Assembly: GCA_965204735.1 (NCBI GenBank)
Contig: OZ242008.1
Coordinates: forward strand, 1,216,001-1,280,000
Direction: 5' to 3'
From: Longimicrobiales bacterium
GTDB lineage: Bacteria > Gemmatimonadota > Gemmatimonadetes > Longimicrobiales > Gaopeijiaceae
Length of the DNA stretch: 64,000 bases
The notes beneath the pieces are model-generated. The model was not told where the DNA came from. It saw nothing but the letters and a program-made list of their open reading frames with translations, and made no database searches. Positions 10,020 through 19,810 of the stretch are shown one piece after another; the stretch's first letter is position 1, and every line of letters begins with the position of its first letter. A program made the position numbers and the translations under genes.

Positions 10020-11914
10020 ACGCCAGCGGAGGCCCGAGGGACGGAACGGCCGGAGGGGGTTGGTCCAATTGGTATTGGCGACGAGGCGTTCCGCTGATCG
10101 CCGGCTCGAGCGCGCTTGCAGCCGTCGCCGTCGTCGTGGACTGGCTGGGGGGTTTCGGCGCAGTGGCCTCCCAGGCCACCGACGGCGACTCCCAGGAGCT
10201 GGACGTGGTTGTCGCCGCAAGCGTGCTTTCGTTGTGCCTGCTGGCGTGCCGGCGCCTGGTGCGGCACGAGGCCGGCGCCTGCGCCCGCTCCACTCAAGTC
10301 GAGCCCCTGGCCGGTGGTCGGCACGGCGCGCGCGCCGAAGTCGTGCTGGTGATCGTCGTGATCGCGGCTGGCGTCGCGCTGCACTCGTACTTCCTGGACC
10401 TGCCGCTGCGGTTCGACGAAAGCCTGACAGTCTTCGAGTTGGCGTCCCAGTCGTTCGGCACGGCCGCAAGTTCGTACCATACCCCCAACAACCATGTGCT
10501 GCACACCTTGGTCGTGTGGGTTGCGCACCAGCTCGGCGACTGGAATCGGATCGTTTGGCGACTGCCGGCGTTCCTCTCGTTCTGCCTTCTGCTTCCGGCG
10601 ATTTGGTGGTTCGCGCGTCGGGAGTACGGCCCGACGGCCGCCGCGTTCACGACCGCCCTCGTGGCCTGCACGCCCTACTTCGTCGAGTTCGGCACCCAAG
10701 CGCGGGGCTACACGCTGCTTCTGCTCCTGTTCGCGGGGGCGCTGCTCTGCGGCCAATCCATTGTGCGGAAGCCGGCAAGCACTGGTCTGTGGGCGACGTG
10801 GGCCGCGACGATCGGCCTCGGCTTCTTCACCATACCGCTGATGGCGTCTCCGGCGGCAGCGACCGCGCTCTGGATGGTGCTGGCGCGTTGGCGCCGATGC
10901 GGCCGCGAGGGACTGGGGTCGTTCGCGCTCAAGACCGCGGGATGGTCGGCGGCGGCGCTCGTCTTTGCTGGAGCTTTGTACGCGCCGATCCTGGCTGCGC
11001 AGGGGATCGACGGCGTGCAGGCGGCTCTTTCGGGCTTCGGCCTTCTCGGCGTAACTCCACGCCGACTCCTGTGGTATCCTGTCGTGGTATGGTACCGCTG
11101 GCACTGGACGAGTCCCGCCTGGGTTCAGGGCGCGCTGCTGGCGCTGGTTGTTGTCGGCAGCGCCGTGCCGGCCCGCGCGTGTGGGCGCGCGGGGGCGCTC
11201 CTTGCGGCAACGATCGTCGTCGCGACGGTCATGTTCTTGATCAAGCCGGTCATGTTTTCGCCACGTATGCTGATCTGGATGCTGTTGGTGCTCATGATCC
11301 TGGCGGGCGCAGGAGCGGCGCTCGTGTTCCAGGGGATGGCGGGCCGGGCGAAAGCGCGTTGGCCGAGCCTCGCCGCGCCGTCCAGACAGGTCGCTGCCGC
11401 ATGCGGCGCGGTGCTGTTGCTTCTTTGCGGATACGGATGGGTGACGCAGCCCGACACGACCCGAGTGTACGGACAAAACAGCATTCTGGCGCGATCGCTG
11501 CCGGCCATGGCGTTCTTGGTTGCGGAAAGCGTTCGGGACGGCGACTACTTCACCATCCACAACAGGATTGCGATTTCCACGGTCTTGTACATGAGAAGCT
11601 TTCGCCGTGTCGACATGGACGCAGGCTGGTACTATCCCATGGGCAGGCCGCGGAGCCGCTGGTCGGTTCACCGAGTGTCGGCCCCTGCGGGCGGGCGAGC
11701 GTCGGATTCGTCCGCCGGCGAACTTCTCGGGGACATGGCGCAGGGGCGGCTCTTCGTCTTTCAGGCCAAGGGGTTTCTCGGCGAAAGAGCGTTCGGCGCC
11801 GAAGGCATGACGGCCCCGGAGTTCCTGGAGGCGCGGGGCTCCAGCCACGAGCTGATCGCCGCCTTCGACGACGGAAGCGTCCACGTGCTGGACGACTGGA
11901 CCAGGCATCCGTGA
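10016..11914 (+). CDS. GT-C (GT39/ArnT/PMT-like) membrane glycosyltransferase
   Basis: TTG overlapping the upstream stop; LRFDES, NNHVLH, RLPA and ARGY motifs; many TM segments. Confidence 0.75.
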   Translation: MNASGGPRDGTAGGGWSNWYWRRGVPLIAGSSALAAVAVVVDWLGGFGAVASQATDGDSQELDVVVAASVLSLCLLACRRLVRHEAGACARSTQVEPLAGGRHGARAEVVLVIVVIAAGVALHSYFLDLPLRFDESLTVFELASQSFGTAASSYHTPNNHVLHTLVVWVAHQLGDWNRIVWRLPAFLSFCLLLPAIWWFARREYGPTAAAFTTALVACTPYFVEFGTQARGYTLLLLLFAGALLCGQSIVRKPASTGLWATWAATIGLGFFTIPLMASPAAATALWMVLARWRRCGREGLGSFALKTAGWSAAALVFAGALYAPILAAQGIDGVQAALSGFGLLGVTPRRLLWYPVVVWYRWHWTSPAWVQGALLALVVVGSAVPARACGRAGALLAATIVVATVMFLIKPVMFSPRMLIWMLLVLMILAGAGAALVFQGMAGRAKARWPSLAAPSRQVAAACGAVLLLLCGYGWVTQPDTTRVYGQNSILARSLPAMAFLVAESVRDGDYFTIHNRIAISTVLYMRSFRRVDMDAGWYYPMGRPRSRWSVHRVSAPAGGRASDSSAGELLGDMAQGRLFVFQAKGFLGERAFGAEGMTAPEFLEARGSSHELIAAFDDGSVHVLDDWTRHP

Positions 11915-13833
11915 AGAACGACTCCCGCGGCGAGGGCACGTCGCTCGCTCCCGCAGGCCGTCCCCGCGCAGCCGTCTGCCCACCGACGGACGGGCGGCGT
12001 TCCGGCTGGCTGTGGCGGCGGGGCGTTCCGCTGACCGCCGGCTTGAGTGCGCTGGCGGCGGTCGCGGCCGGTGCGGACTGGCTGTGGGAGTTCGGCGTAG
12101 TGGCCGCCCAATCCGGCGACGGCGATCCCGAAGAGCTGGCAGTCGTCGTCGCTGCAAGCGTCCTCTCGTTGTGCCTGCTGGCGTGCTGGCGCATTGCGTC
12201 ACCCGGGGCCTACGCCCTCTCGGCCAAGGTCGCGCCGGCGACCGGCGGGCGGAGCGCGCGCTCCGAAGTCGTCCTTGCGGCGGTCGTGACCGCGGTGGGC
12301 GTTGCGGCGCCCCTGTACTCCTTGGACCTGCCCTTGCGCTTCGACGAGAGCATCACCGTGGACTTCGCGTCCCAGACGTTCGGCACGGTCGTGAGCAGGT
12401 ACGACACCACCAACAACCATGTGCTGCACAGCTTGCTGGTTTGGGTCGTCCACCAGTTCGGCGCCTGGAGTCGGATCGCTTGGCGACTGCCGGCGTTCTT
12501 CTCGTTCTGCCTTCTGCTTCCGGCGCTGTGGTGGTTCGCGCGTCGGGAGTACGGCCCGACGGCCGCCGCATTCGCAACCGCCTTCCTGGCGAGCACGCCC
12601 TTCTTCTTCAAGTTCGCCACCAACGCGCGGGGCTACACATTGCTGCTGCTCCTGTTCGTGGGAGCGTTGCTCTGCGGCCAATCCCTTGTGCAAAGGCCGG
12701 AGAGAAGAGGGTTGTGGGCGGCATGGGCCGCGACGATCGGCTTGGGCTTCTTCACCATACCATTGATGGTGTTTCCAGCTGCAACGACCGCGATCTGGAT
12801 GGTGCTGGCGCGCTGGCGCCGGTGCGGTCGCGAGGGAATGGGGTCCTTCGCCTCCAAGACCGCAGGCTGGTCGGCGGCGGCGCTCGTCTTCGCCGGGGCG
12901 TTGTACGCGCCCATAGTGGCAACGACAGGGATCGATCACCTGCAGATCGCTCTTTCCGGGATTGGTCTCGAGGAGGCGGTCCTTCCCGAGATGCTGTGGT
13001 ATCCGGTCGTCGTCTGGCGCCAATGGCATTGGACGAGTCCCGCCTGGGTTCAGGGCCTGCTGCTGGCGCTGGTCTTTGTCGGCGTCGCCTTGCCCGCTCG
13101 GACGTGTGGGCGCGCCGGCACGCTCTGCTTGGCGATGATCGTCGCCACGGCGGCCGTGGCGTTGGCAAAGCCTGTCGTGTATTCCCCGCGCATGGGGATA
13201 TGGGCATTGCTGGTGTTCATGACCTTGGCGGGCGTCGGAGCGGGGACCGTGTTCCAGGGGCTGGCGGCCCGGGCGGAGTCGCGGTGGCCCGGACTCGCCA
13301 CGCCGTCGCGGGAAGGGAGGGGGCGCGTTGCGACGTGGGGCGCCGTGCTGCTGGTACTTGCGCTTGCGGTCAAGTCGGTGGTGCAGCTTGGCGCGGCCCG
13401 AAGGCACGGACTCGACCTCCAGGAGCCTGGGATGCCGACGACCGTGTTCTCAGTTGCGGAAGAGATCCGGGTCGGCGACTACTTCACAATCCACCGCAAC
13501 CGCGCGCTTTCCACGGCCGTTTACATGAGGAGCCTTCACCGTGTCGACATGAACGCGGGCTGGTACAATCCCTCGGGCAGGTTGCGACGCCCCTGGCCGG
13601 TTCACCGAGTGTCGGCCTCCCCAGGCGGGCCGCCGTCAGGGGCGTCCTCCAGCGGACCCGTCGAGAACGTGGCGCAGGGGCGGCTCTTCGTCGTGACCGA
13701 AGGCGAAGCAACGGTGGTCCGGGAGTTCATGGCAGCGGGCGGACCCAGTCACGAGCTGGCCGCGGCCTTCGACGACGGAAGCGTCTATGTGCTGGACGAA
13801 TGGACTTCCCTCAGAACGCCCCGATCCCCGTGA
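11911..13833 (+). CDS. GT-C membrane glycosyltransferase, tandem paralog
   Basis: GTGA overlap; same motifs and long near-identical DNA stretches shared with 10016-11914. Confidence 0.75.
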   Translation: MKNDSRGEGTSLAPAGRPRAAVCPPTDGRRSGWLWRRGVPLTAGLSALAAVAAGADWLWEFGVVAAQSGDGDPEELAVVVAASVLSLCLLACWRIASPGAYALSAKVAPATGGRSARSEVVLAAVVTAVGVAAPLYSLDLPLRFDESITVDFASQTFGTVVSRYDTTNNHVLHSLLVWVVHQFGAWSRIAWRLPAFFSFCLLLPALWWFARREYGPTAAAFATAFLASTPFFFKFATNARGYTLLLLLFVGALLCGQSLVQRPERRGLWAAWAATIGLGFFTIPLMVFPAATTAIWMVLARWRRCGREGMGSFASKTAGWSAAALVFAGALYAPIVATTGIDHLQIALSGIGLEEAVLPEMLWYPVVVWRQWHWTSPAWVQGLLLALVFVGVALPARTCGRAGTLCLAMIVATAAVALAKPVVYSPRMGIWALLVFMTLAGVGAGTVFQGLAARAESRWPGLATPSREGRGRVATWGAVLLVLALAVKSVVQLGAARRHGLDLQEPGMPTTVFSVAEEIRVGDYFTIHRNRALSTAVYMRSLHRVDMNAGWYNPSGRLRRPWPVHRVSASPGGPPSGASSSGPVENVAQGRLFVVTEGEATVVREFMAAGGPSHELAAAFDDGSVYVLDEWTSLRTPRSP

Positions 13834-14998
13834 CCGCTTGGCCCAGGATCAGCGAGTGCACGTCGTGGGTGCCTTCGTAGGTGTAGACCGACTCCAAGTT
13901 GGCCATGTGGCGCATCGACGCGTACTCCGCCAGGATGCCGTTGGCGCCCAGGAGCCGCCGGGCCTCGCGCGCGACGTTGCACGCCATGTCCACGTTGGCG
14001 CGCTTCGCCAGGCTGACCTGCTGCGGAGTCATCTTGCCTTCGTCCTTCAGGCGTCCCAGCCGCAGGCACAGGAGCTGGCCCTGGGTGATCGAAGTGAGCA
14101 TGTCGGCGATCCGCACCTGCTGGATCTGCTTGCCGGCGATGGGGCCGTCGAACATGACCCGCTCGCCCGCGTAGTCCACCGCTTCGTGGAAGCAGGCCAT
14201 TGCCGCGCCCACGGCGCCCCATGAAATGCCGTAGCGAGCCTGGGTGAGGCACATCAGCGGGCTGCGCAGGCCGCCCGTGCCGGGCATCAGAGCGTCTTCG
14301 GGAAGGCGCACGTCCTGCAGCGCCAGTTCGCTCGTGTCGGAGGCCAGCAGCGACAGCTTGCCCCTCTGGTCCCGCGCGCTGAAGCCCGGCGCGTCGGTCG
14401 GGACCACGAACCCGCGGATCCCCTTGGCGTCGCCCGGCTCGCCGGTCTGGGCCCAAACCACCGCCACGTCGGCCATGGATCCGTTGGTGATCCACATCTT
14501 GGCGCCGTTGAGCACCCAGCCGCCGTCGGAGGTCTTCCGGGCGGTCGTGATCATGCCGGCCGGATTGGACCCGTAGTCGGGCTCGGTAAGTCCGAAGCAC
14601 CCGATCTTCTCTCCGGTCGCAAGCTTGGGCAGCCACTCGCGCCGCTGCTCTTCGCTGCCGAAGGCGTGAATGGGGTACATGACCAGCGCCCCCTGCACCG
14701 AAGCGAAGGAGCGCAACCCCGAGTCGCCCCGTTCCAGCTCCTGCATGATGAGGCCGTACGAGACATTGCCAAGCCCCGCGCAGCCGTACTCCTCCGGCAG
14801 GTTGGCGCCCAGCATTCCCAGCTCGCCGATCTCGGGCACGAGCTCCTTGGGGAAGCGTCGCTCCACGTACGCGTCGCCGATCACGGGCATCACCCGGTCC
14901 TCCACCCACTCCCGGATCGTGTCCCGAACCATCCGCTCCTCTTCGGCGAGGAGCGAGTCGACGTCGTAGAAGTCCGTCCCTGCGAATCTGCCGGCCAT
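13811..14998 (-). CDS. gcdH: Acyl-CoA dehydrogenase, glutaryl-CoA dehydrogenase type
   Basis: ERGDSGLRS, FGLTEPDYGSNP, KMWITN and YTYEGTHDVH motifs. Confidence 0.85.
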   Translation of the reverse strand: MAGRFAGTDFYDVDSLLAEEERMVRDTIREWVEDRVMPVIGDAYVERRFPKELVPEIGELGMLGANLPEEYGCAGLGNVSYGLIMQELERGDSGLRSFASVQGALVMYPIHAFGSEEQRREWLPKLATGEKIGCFGLTEPDYGSNPAGMITTARKTSDGGWVLNGAKMWITNGSMADVAVVWAQTGEPGDAKGIRGFVVPTDAPGFSARDQRGKLSLLASDTSELALQDVRLPEDALMPGTGGLRSPLMCLTQARYGISWGAVGAAMACFHEAVDYAGERVMFDGPIAGKQIQQVRIADMLTSITQGQLLCLRLGRLKDEGKMTPQQVSLAKRANVDMACNVAREARRLLGANGILAEYASMRHMANLESVYTYEGTHDVHSLILGQAVTGIGAF

Positions 14999-15052
14999 TT
15001 GCGTTGCGGCGCTCCGGTGAGGGGAAAGTCGGTCGGGGACTCCGGGCTGGGT

Positions 15053-15394
15053 CTACTCGGGCGGGCGGCGGGCGCGGAAGCGCAGGATGCCGAACCAGAT
15101 CGCGCGTCCGGCCCTGGCGCCCAGCCACAACGTCGCGACCACGGCGCCGATCCAGCCGCCGATCACGATCTCGGACGGCCGCTGCACCAAGAATATCCAT
15201 GCGGCAAGGCCGGCGGCCAGGGCGCCTCCGAGCCGCCAGCCGAAGCGCTTCGCCTGGCTCCGGGCATTCGCGATGCACTCTTCGCACCACAGGAGTCGGT
15301 CCAGGTCCGCGGCCTTCCTGGGCTCGCCGCAGCACGTGCACGTCAGGTCCAGGCTCGCCCCCGCCCGGTTCGCGGGGCGCCGTCCGGCGCTCAC
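15053..15394 (-). CDS. Small membrane protein with N-terminal CxxC...CxxC (possible zinc ribbon)
   Basis: CTCC...WCEEC followed by two TM helices; fits between gcdH and the dehydrogenase on the same strand. Confidence 0.6.
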   Translation of the reverse strand: MSAGRRPANRAGASLDLTCTCCGEPRKAADLDRLLWCEECIANARSQAKRFGWRLGGALAAGLAAWIFLVQRPSEIVIGGWIGAVVATLWLGARAGRAIWFGILRFRARRPPE

Positions 15395-15492
15395 GGGAGC
15401 GGAGGCGGGCTCACGCCGGTGCCCGGGTTCGCGCCGGCCCGGTCTCGCGGCAGCCCAGTCTCACGCCAGTGCGGTGTCACGCCAGTCCGGGC

Positions 15493-16557
15493 TCACGCCA
15501 AGGCCCGGATCACCGCATCGGCGAAGGCGTCGGTGCCGTCCGTTCCGCCCATGTCCCGGGTCCGAGCGACCCCGTCGCCGACGACCGTGTCCAGTGCCTT
15601 TCGGATCCGTGCCGCCGGGGCGTCCCGTCCCATGTGGTCCAGCAGCAGGCACGCCGAGAGGAGGAGTCCGGTCGGGTTGGCCACGCCCTGTCCCGCGATG
15701 TCGGGCGCCGACCCGTGCACCGCTTCGAAGACGGCGTGCTCGCGTCCCATGTTGCCGGCGGGCGCGAACCCCAGGCCCCCGACCAAGCCCGCCATCAGGT
15801 CGCTCAGGATGTCGCCGAACATGTTCTCCATGACCAGCACGTCGAAGCGGCAGGGGTCGAGCACCAAGTACATGGCGGTGGCGTCGATGATCCGGTCCTC
15901 GAAGCCGATCCGGCCTGCGTACTCGTCCGCCAAGCGCTTTCCCACGTCGAGGAAGAGGCCCTGCGTGTGCTTGAGGATGTTGGCCTTGTGCGCCAGCGTG
16001 ACCTTGCTCCGTCCGTGCGCGCGTGCGTACTCGAAGGCGAAGCGCACGACCCGTTCGCACCCGTAGCGCGTGGTGATCATGACCGACTCCGCGGCCGCCT
16101 TCGGGTCGCCCTCCATTCCGATGAAGTGCTCGACGCCGACGTAGAGCCCCTCGGTGTTCTCGCGGATCAGCACCAAGTCGATGTCCTCGTAGCGCCCGCC
16201 GGGAACGATCGTGCGCACCGGCCTGACGTTGGCGAAGAGGTCGAAGTGCTTGCGGATCGCCACGTTGACGGACCGAAAGCCGGAGCCGGCGGGCGTCGCC
16301 AGCGGCCCCTTGAGCGCCACCCGGTTCGCGTCGATCGAGGCCAGCGTCTCCTCGGGCAGCGGGCTCCCGTGGGGCCGAATCGCCGCGATCCCGGCCATCT
16401 GCATGTCGTACTCCAGCCCGGCCCCGGCCAAGTCCAGGATGCGGAGGACCGCCGACGTGACCTCGGGTCCGATCCCGTCGCCGGGGATGACGGTGACGGC
16501 GCTGGACGGGGGCGGCGCGGGCGGCACGGCTTCGGCGGCGTCACGCATGGGGCTCAT
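15493..16557 (-). CDS. Isocitrate/isopropylmalate dehydrogenase family (NAD-IDH-like)
   Basis: [32 protein letters not shown] and [12 protein letters not shown] motifs. Confidence 0.92.
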   Translation of the reverse strand: MSPMRDAAEAVPPAPPPSSAVTVIPGDGIGPEVTSAVLRILDLAGAGLEYDMQMAGIAAIRPHGSPLPEETLASIDANRVALKGPLATPAGSGFRSVNVAIRKHFDLFANVRPVRTIVPGGRYEDIDLVLIRENTEGLYVGVEHFIGMEGDPKAAAESVMITTRYGCERVVRFAFEYARAHGRSKVTLAHKANILKHTQGLFLDVGKRLADEYAGRIGFEDRIIDATAMYLVLDPCRFDVLVMENMFGDILSDLMAGLVGGLGFAPAGNMGREHAVFEAVHGSAPDIAGQGVANPTGLLLSACLLLDHMGRDAPAARIRKALDTVVGDGVARTRDMGGTDGTDAFADAVIRALA

Positions 16558-17005
16558 GGGATTTGATCTGATGGAGCTCCGGATCGTGGGGCTGGACCTC
16601 GCGGAACTCCGCCTGGCGGGGCTCGAACGTCAGCGAGGCCGAGTTGATGCAGTAGCGAAGTCCCGTCGGCGGCGGACCGTCGGGGAAGACGTGGCCCAAG
16701 TGGGCGTCGCAGGCGGCGCAGACGACCTCCGTTCGCCGCATGAAGAGCTTGCGGTCGTCCTTCTCGTCCACGGCGTCGGGCGCGGCCGTGTGGAAGCTGG
16801 GCCAGCCGGTGCCGGAGTCGTACTTGTGGGCGGACTCGAAGAGGCGCCGGCCGCAGCAGACGCACAGGTAGGCGCCGGCGTCCTTGCGGTCCCAGTGCTC
16901 GCCGGTGAATGCGCGCTCGGTGCCGCCCCTGCGGGCGACCCTGTACTGCTCCGGCGCGAGCTGGGCGCGCCACTCGGCGTCGGTCTTGCGCGTGGGTTGG
17001 GACAT
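16541..17005 (-). CDS. msrB: Peptide-methionine (R)-S-oxide reductase
   Basis: [26 protein letters not shown] and RYCINS motifs; ATG at 17005. Confidence 0.95.
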   Translation of the reverse strand: MSQPTRKTDAEWRAQLAPEQYRVARRGGTERAFTGEHWDRKDAGAYLCVCCGRRLFESAHKYDSGTGWPSFHTAAPDAVDEKDDRKLFMRRTEVVCAACDAHLGHVFPDGPPPTGLRYCINSASLTFEPRQAEFREVQPHDPELHQIKSHEPHA

Positions 17006-17105
17006 TGGTGGGCAGGGGGTGGGGCGGGGAAGGAGGGGAGGGACGGAAGGGCGGCAGAAAAGCAGTGTTGCTGGCCCATAGCAGGAAATATGGCTAATAT
17101 GGGGC

Positions 17106-17366
17106 ATGAAGACCACCATCGACATACAGGACCACCTGTTGGTCAGGACCAAGGCTCACGCCAAGAAGACCGGGCGCTCGTTGCGGTCGGTCGTCGAGGA
17201 GGGGTTGCGCATGGCGTTGGACGCCTCCCGGGCGACGGCGCGACCGTACCGCCTTCCCGACCTCAGCGTGGGCGACCCGCAGGCCAACGATCCGCTTGAA
17301 GCGTATTCGTGGCAAGACTTGAGCGAGGCGGTCTACGGAGAGTCGATGCGCGGTGAGTCTCCGTGA
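17106..17366 (+). CDS. vapB: VapB-type RHH antitoxin
   Basis: MKTTIDIQD...VVEEGLR ribbon-helix-helix pattern; overlaps the PIN gene by GTGA. Confidence 0.8.
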   Translation: MKTTIDIQDHLLVRTKAHAKKTGRSLRSVVEEGLRMALDASRATARPYRLPDLSVGDPQANDPLEAYSWQDLSEAVYGESMRGESP

Positions 17367-17833
17367 CGGCTGTCGACACGAACATTCTCGTCTATGCGCA
17401 TCGTCGCGAGTCGGCGGCGCATCAAGTCGCCGACCGGACGCTGCGGGAGCTGGCGGAGGGGTCCTGCCTCTGGGCGATTCCTTGGCCGTGCTGCTACGAG
17501 TTCCTTTCCATCGTGACCAACCGCCGCATCTGGAAGGACGCGGCCACTCCCCCCGAGCACGCTTGGCGCCAGCTTCGCGCCTGGACCGATTCGCCCTCGA
17601 ACCGCCTGCTCCAAGAGACGGACGGCTTTCTGGACGTCTTCGGAGAGCTCGTCCAGCGGCCCAAGGTGAGGGGGCCCGTCGTGCACGACGCTCGGGTGGC
17701 GGCCCTCTGTCTGGTTCACGGGGTCGAGGCCCTCCTGACCCGGGACCGCGACTTCCGGGCGTTTCCCGAGCTTCCGACGCGGGACCCGCTGGTGCCAAGA
17801 CGCTCGTCCCGGGCTCGCCGAATCTTCCCCTGA
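17363..17833 (+). CDS. vapC: VapC PIN-domain toxin
   Basis: VDTNILVYA, EFL, HDA and TRDRDF acidic PIN motifs. Confidence 0.9.
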   Translation: MTAVDTNILVYAHRRESAAHQVADRTLRELAEGSCLWAIPWPCCYEFLSIVTNRRIWKDAATPPEHAWRQLRAWTDSPSNRLLQETDGFLDVFGELVQRPKVRGPVVHDARVAALCLVHGVEALLTRDRDFRAFPELPTRDPLVPRRSSRARRIFP

Positions 17834-17904
17834 TTGTTCGCCGAATCTTCCTCTGATCGTTCGCCGAATCTTCCTCTGATCGTTCGCCGAATCTTCCCCT
17901 GATT
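17815..17904. repeat. Four head-to-tail copies of a 23 bp unit (TCGCCGAATCTTCC[C/T]CTGAT[T/C]GT, last copy partial)
   Basis: Read directly; copies start at 17815, 17838, 17861 and 17884; the first contains the vapC stop. Confidence 0.95.
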
Positions 17905-17943
17905 CGGCTGGGCCAGCCGGCGATGCGATCCGCCGCAGGGGTG

Positions 17944-19050
17944 CTACCGCGAACGCTGCTCGGCAGCCCCGTTTCCTGCGGTCTCCAGCAGCTCGTCGCC
18001 GGTGTCGCTGTCCACCACCGCGTCCCCGACCCGAGTCAACTCCTTCGCGCCCATCCCCTCCACCAGCCCCTTCAGCTGCTTCGCCGTCTCCGCGCCGAAC
18101 CGCCGGGACGCCAGCCGCAGCACCATCGACCGGCCCTGCTCGGTCCGGCCCTCTGTCCGGCCCTCAGCCCGGCCCTCAACCCGGCCCTCAGCCCGGCCTT
18201 CCGCCCGGCCCCGCTCCCGGCCCCTCTCCTCGTGGCCTCTCGCCCAGTCGTCGTAGGTCTCGCTCATGTCGTCTTGCTCCTTCGGTTGGATGATCCACTG
18301 CACGGCTTGCCGCCGACGCTCCTCCGGCCCCCTCGCAACCCGCAGCCGCTCGTCGACCCAGACCGACAGCGCCCTGCGCACGTCCGAATGCGCCGGTCCG
18401 CCCCAGCGCTTCGCCAAGCTTCGGCGAACGCTCGGCAGGCTCGTCCACGGCGCCTTCTCCATCGCCGCAAGCCAGGCGAGGAGGCTGTCCTCGGGAAGCA
18501 AGTCTTGCGCGAAGGCCGCCTGCAAGTCAAGCACCCGGTGGCCGTGGGAGTGCTGCCACTCGCCCCCCAGGCCACGCGCCACCTCCGGCAACGAGGGCGT
18601 CCGCCTGCGGGCGAGTTGGGCCAACGTCGGAACCGCGCTCCACGGTTGCCCGCCGGAGTAGACGACGACGGACACGATGTGGGGCATGGCGCCGCCGGGG
18701 TCGAGCATGCCTGGATTGCGGTGAAACACCAAGTGCGCCCCGTGGCTGTAGTCCATGGTGCGGAAGACCATTTCGTGGTCCACCGAGGACTGGAACTCGA
18801 CGAGGAAGACGACCGAAGCCCGGCGGTCCTTGAACCAGACGCGCCAGGCGCAGTCGCCGAGCCGGCGCTTCAAGTCGGCGCTGACGCTCTCGGTGGGGAA
18901 CGCCTCGACGGCGCGGAGGTCGAGCCCGTGGACCCAGCCCTTGGCGGCGAAGTCGCGGACCAGGTCGGTGGCGGCGGGGGGGTGCGAGAACAGGAGCTTG
19001 CTGGTCTGGTCGTGCCTGCGCGAATCGGGTTCTTGGGCGGGGCGGTCCAT
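17944..19050 (-). CDS. Rpn/YhgA-like recombination-promoting nuclease (PD-(D/E)XK) with EGRA repeats and DUF4351-like tail
   Basis: HDQTSKLLFSHP, GDCAW, VEFQSSVD and VVYSGGQPW motifs; 12 bp GRAE repeats near the C-terminus; ATG at 19050. Confidence 0.85.
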   Translation of the reverse strand: MDRPAQEPDSRRHDQTSKLLFSHPPAATDLVRDFAAKGWVHGLDLRAVEAFPTESVSADLKRRLGDCAWRVWFKDRRASVVFLVEFQSSVDHEMVFRTMDYSHGAHLVFHRNPGMLDPGGAMPHIVSVVVYSGGQPWSAVPTLAQLARRRTPSLPEVARGLGGEWQHSHGHRVLDLQAAFAQDLLPEDSLLAWLAAMEKAPWTSLPSVRRSLAKRWGGPAHSDVRRALSVWVDERLRVARGPEERRRQAVQWIIQPKEQDDMSETYDDWARGHEERGRERGRAEGRAEGRVEGRAEGRTEGRTEQGRSMVLRLASRRFGAETAKQLKGLVEGMGAKELTRVGDAVVDSDTGDELLETAGNGAAEQRSR

Positions 19051-19253
19051 GCGATGGCGGCCTTCCATGCGGGCGTGCGAGGGGTGGTGCTTCGCGGCGG
19101 ACGCCGACCGCGTCCGCCGGAGCAGGCCACCAAGATGCGACTGCCGCATCAAGGTTCCTTCATCGCGCGGGGCGCTCGCATGTCCGAATGGGACGGACCC
19201 CCTGGACTGGACATCGATTGTCGCTCCGACTTCGCCGACGCGATTGCTTGGAG

Positions 19254-19710
19254 GGCTTGACCGGCGCGTTACGCATGTAGCCACGCCGACTCCCAGGCCC
19301 GGGATCGGCCAGGCACTCGCAGATACGACTGACCGGCCGGCCTGGAGATAGGCGAGCAACCCGATGGACTTCCTCGCCAGCGACGCATTCATAACCGTCG
19401 TTTCCGTCGTCGGCTCCGTCGCGGGGCTTCTGCTGGCGTTGCGGGCCGACATTGGAAGGCGCATCGACCGGCTCGAGGAGCGCGCCAAGGAGAGGGACCA
19501 AGCCCTCGGAAAGCGCATCGACCGGCTCGAGGATCGGACTCGCGTCGATCACCAGGAGCTCGTCGCCGAGATCGGCCAGCTGAAGACGGCCGTGAGCGTC
19601 ATCGACGCCAAGCTTGACGAGAGATCGTCGCCGCAGCACCTCGTGGTAAAGGAACCTCCGGGGGACTACGCGGCGGGCAACGAACCGGAGGGCGACCCGG
19701 AGCCGTGACG
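19254..19710 (+). repeat. Left diverged direct repeat (leader plus small gene) bounding the island
   Basis: Aligns by eye with 46379-46935 from GGCTTGACCGGCGCGTTAC to CCGGAGCCGTGACG. Confidence 0.9.
19364..19708 (+). CDS. Small TM plus coiled-coil hypothetical protein (copy 1)
   Basis: N-terminal TM, RIDRLEE repeats; close paralog at 46490-46933. Confidence 0.75.
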   Translation: MDFLASDAFITVVSVVGSVAGLLLALRADIGRRIDRLEERAKERDQALGKRIDRLEDRTRVDHQELVAEIGQLKTAVSVIDAKLDERSSPQHLVVKEPPGDYAAGNEPEGDPEP

Positions 19711-19719
19711 TGGCGTTGG

Positions 19720-19810
19720 CGGGCCTTGGCCGGCCGCAACAGCGCGGGCATGGAGGTCAGCCCGGACTACCTCGACATGGCCCGACGCCGCTTCCTGGCC
19801 CGAGACCCGG
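19720..19810 (+). pseudogene. C-terminal remnant of an N4/N6 DNA methyltransferase
   Basis: ALAGRNSAGMEVSPDYLDMARRRF resembles the GRxxIGxExxxxYxxxAxxR tail of beta-class MTases; no upstream domain present. Confidence 0.5.

Noticed and set aside
16541..17005. Selenocysteine MsrB
   Set aside because: The catalytic residue is an ordinary Cys (RYCINS) and there is no in-frame TGA
17815..17904. CRISPR array
   Set aside because: Repeats are head to tail with no spacers
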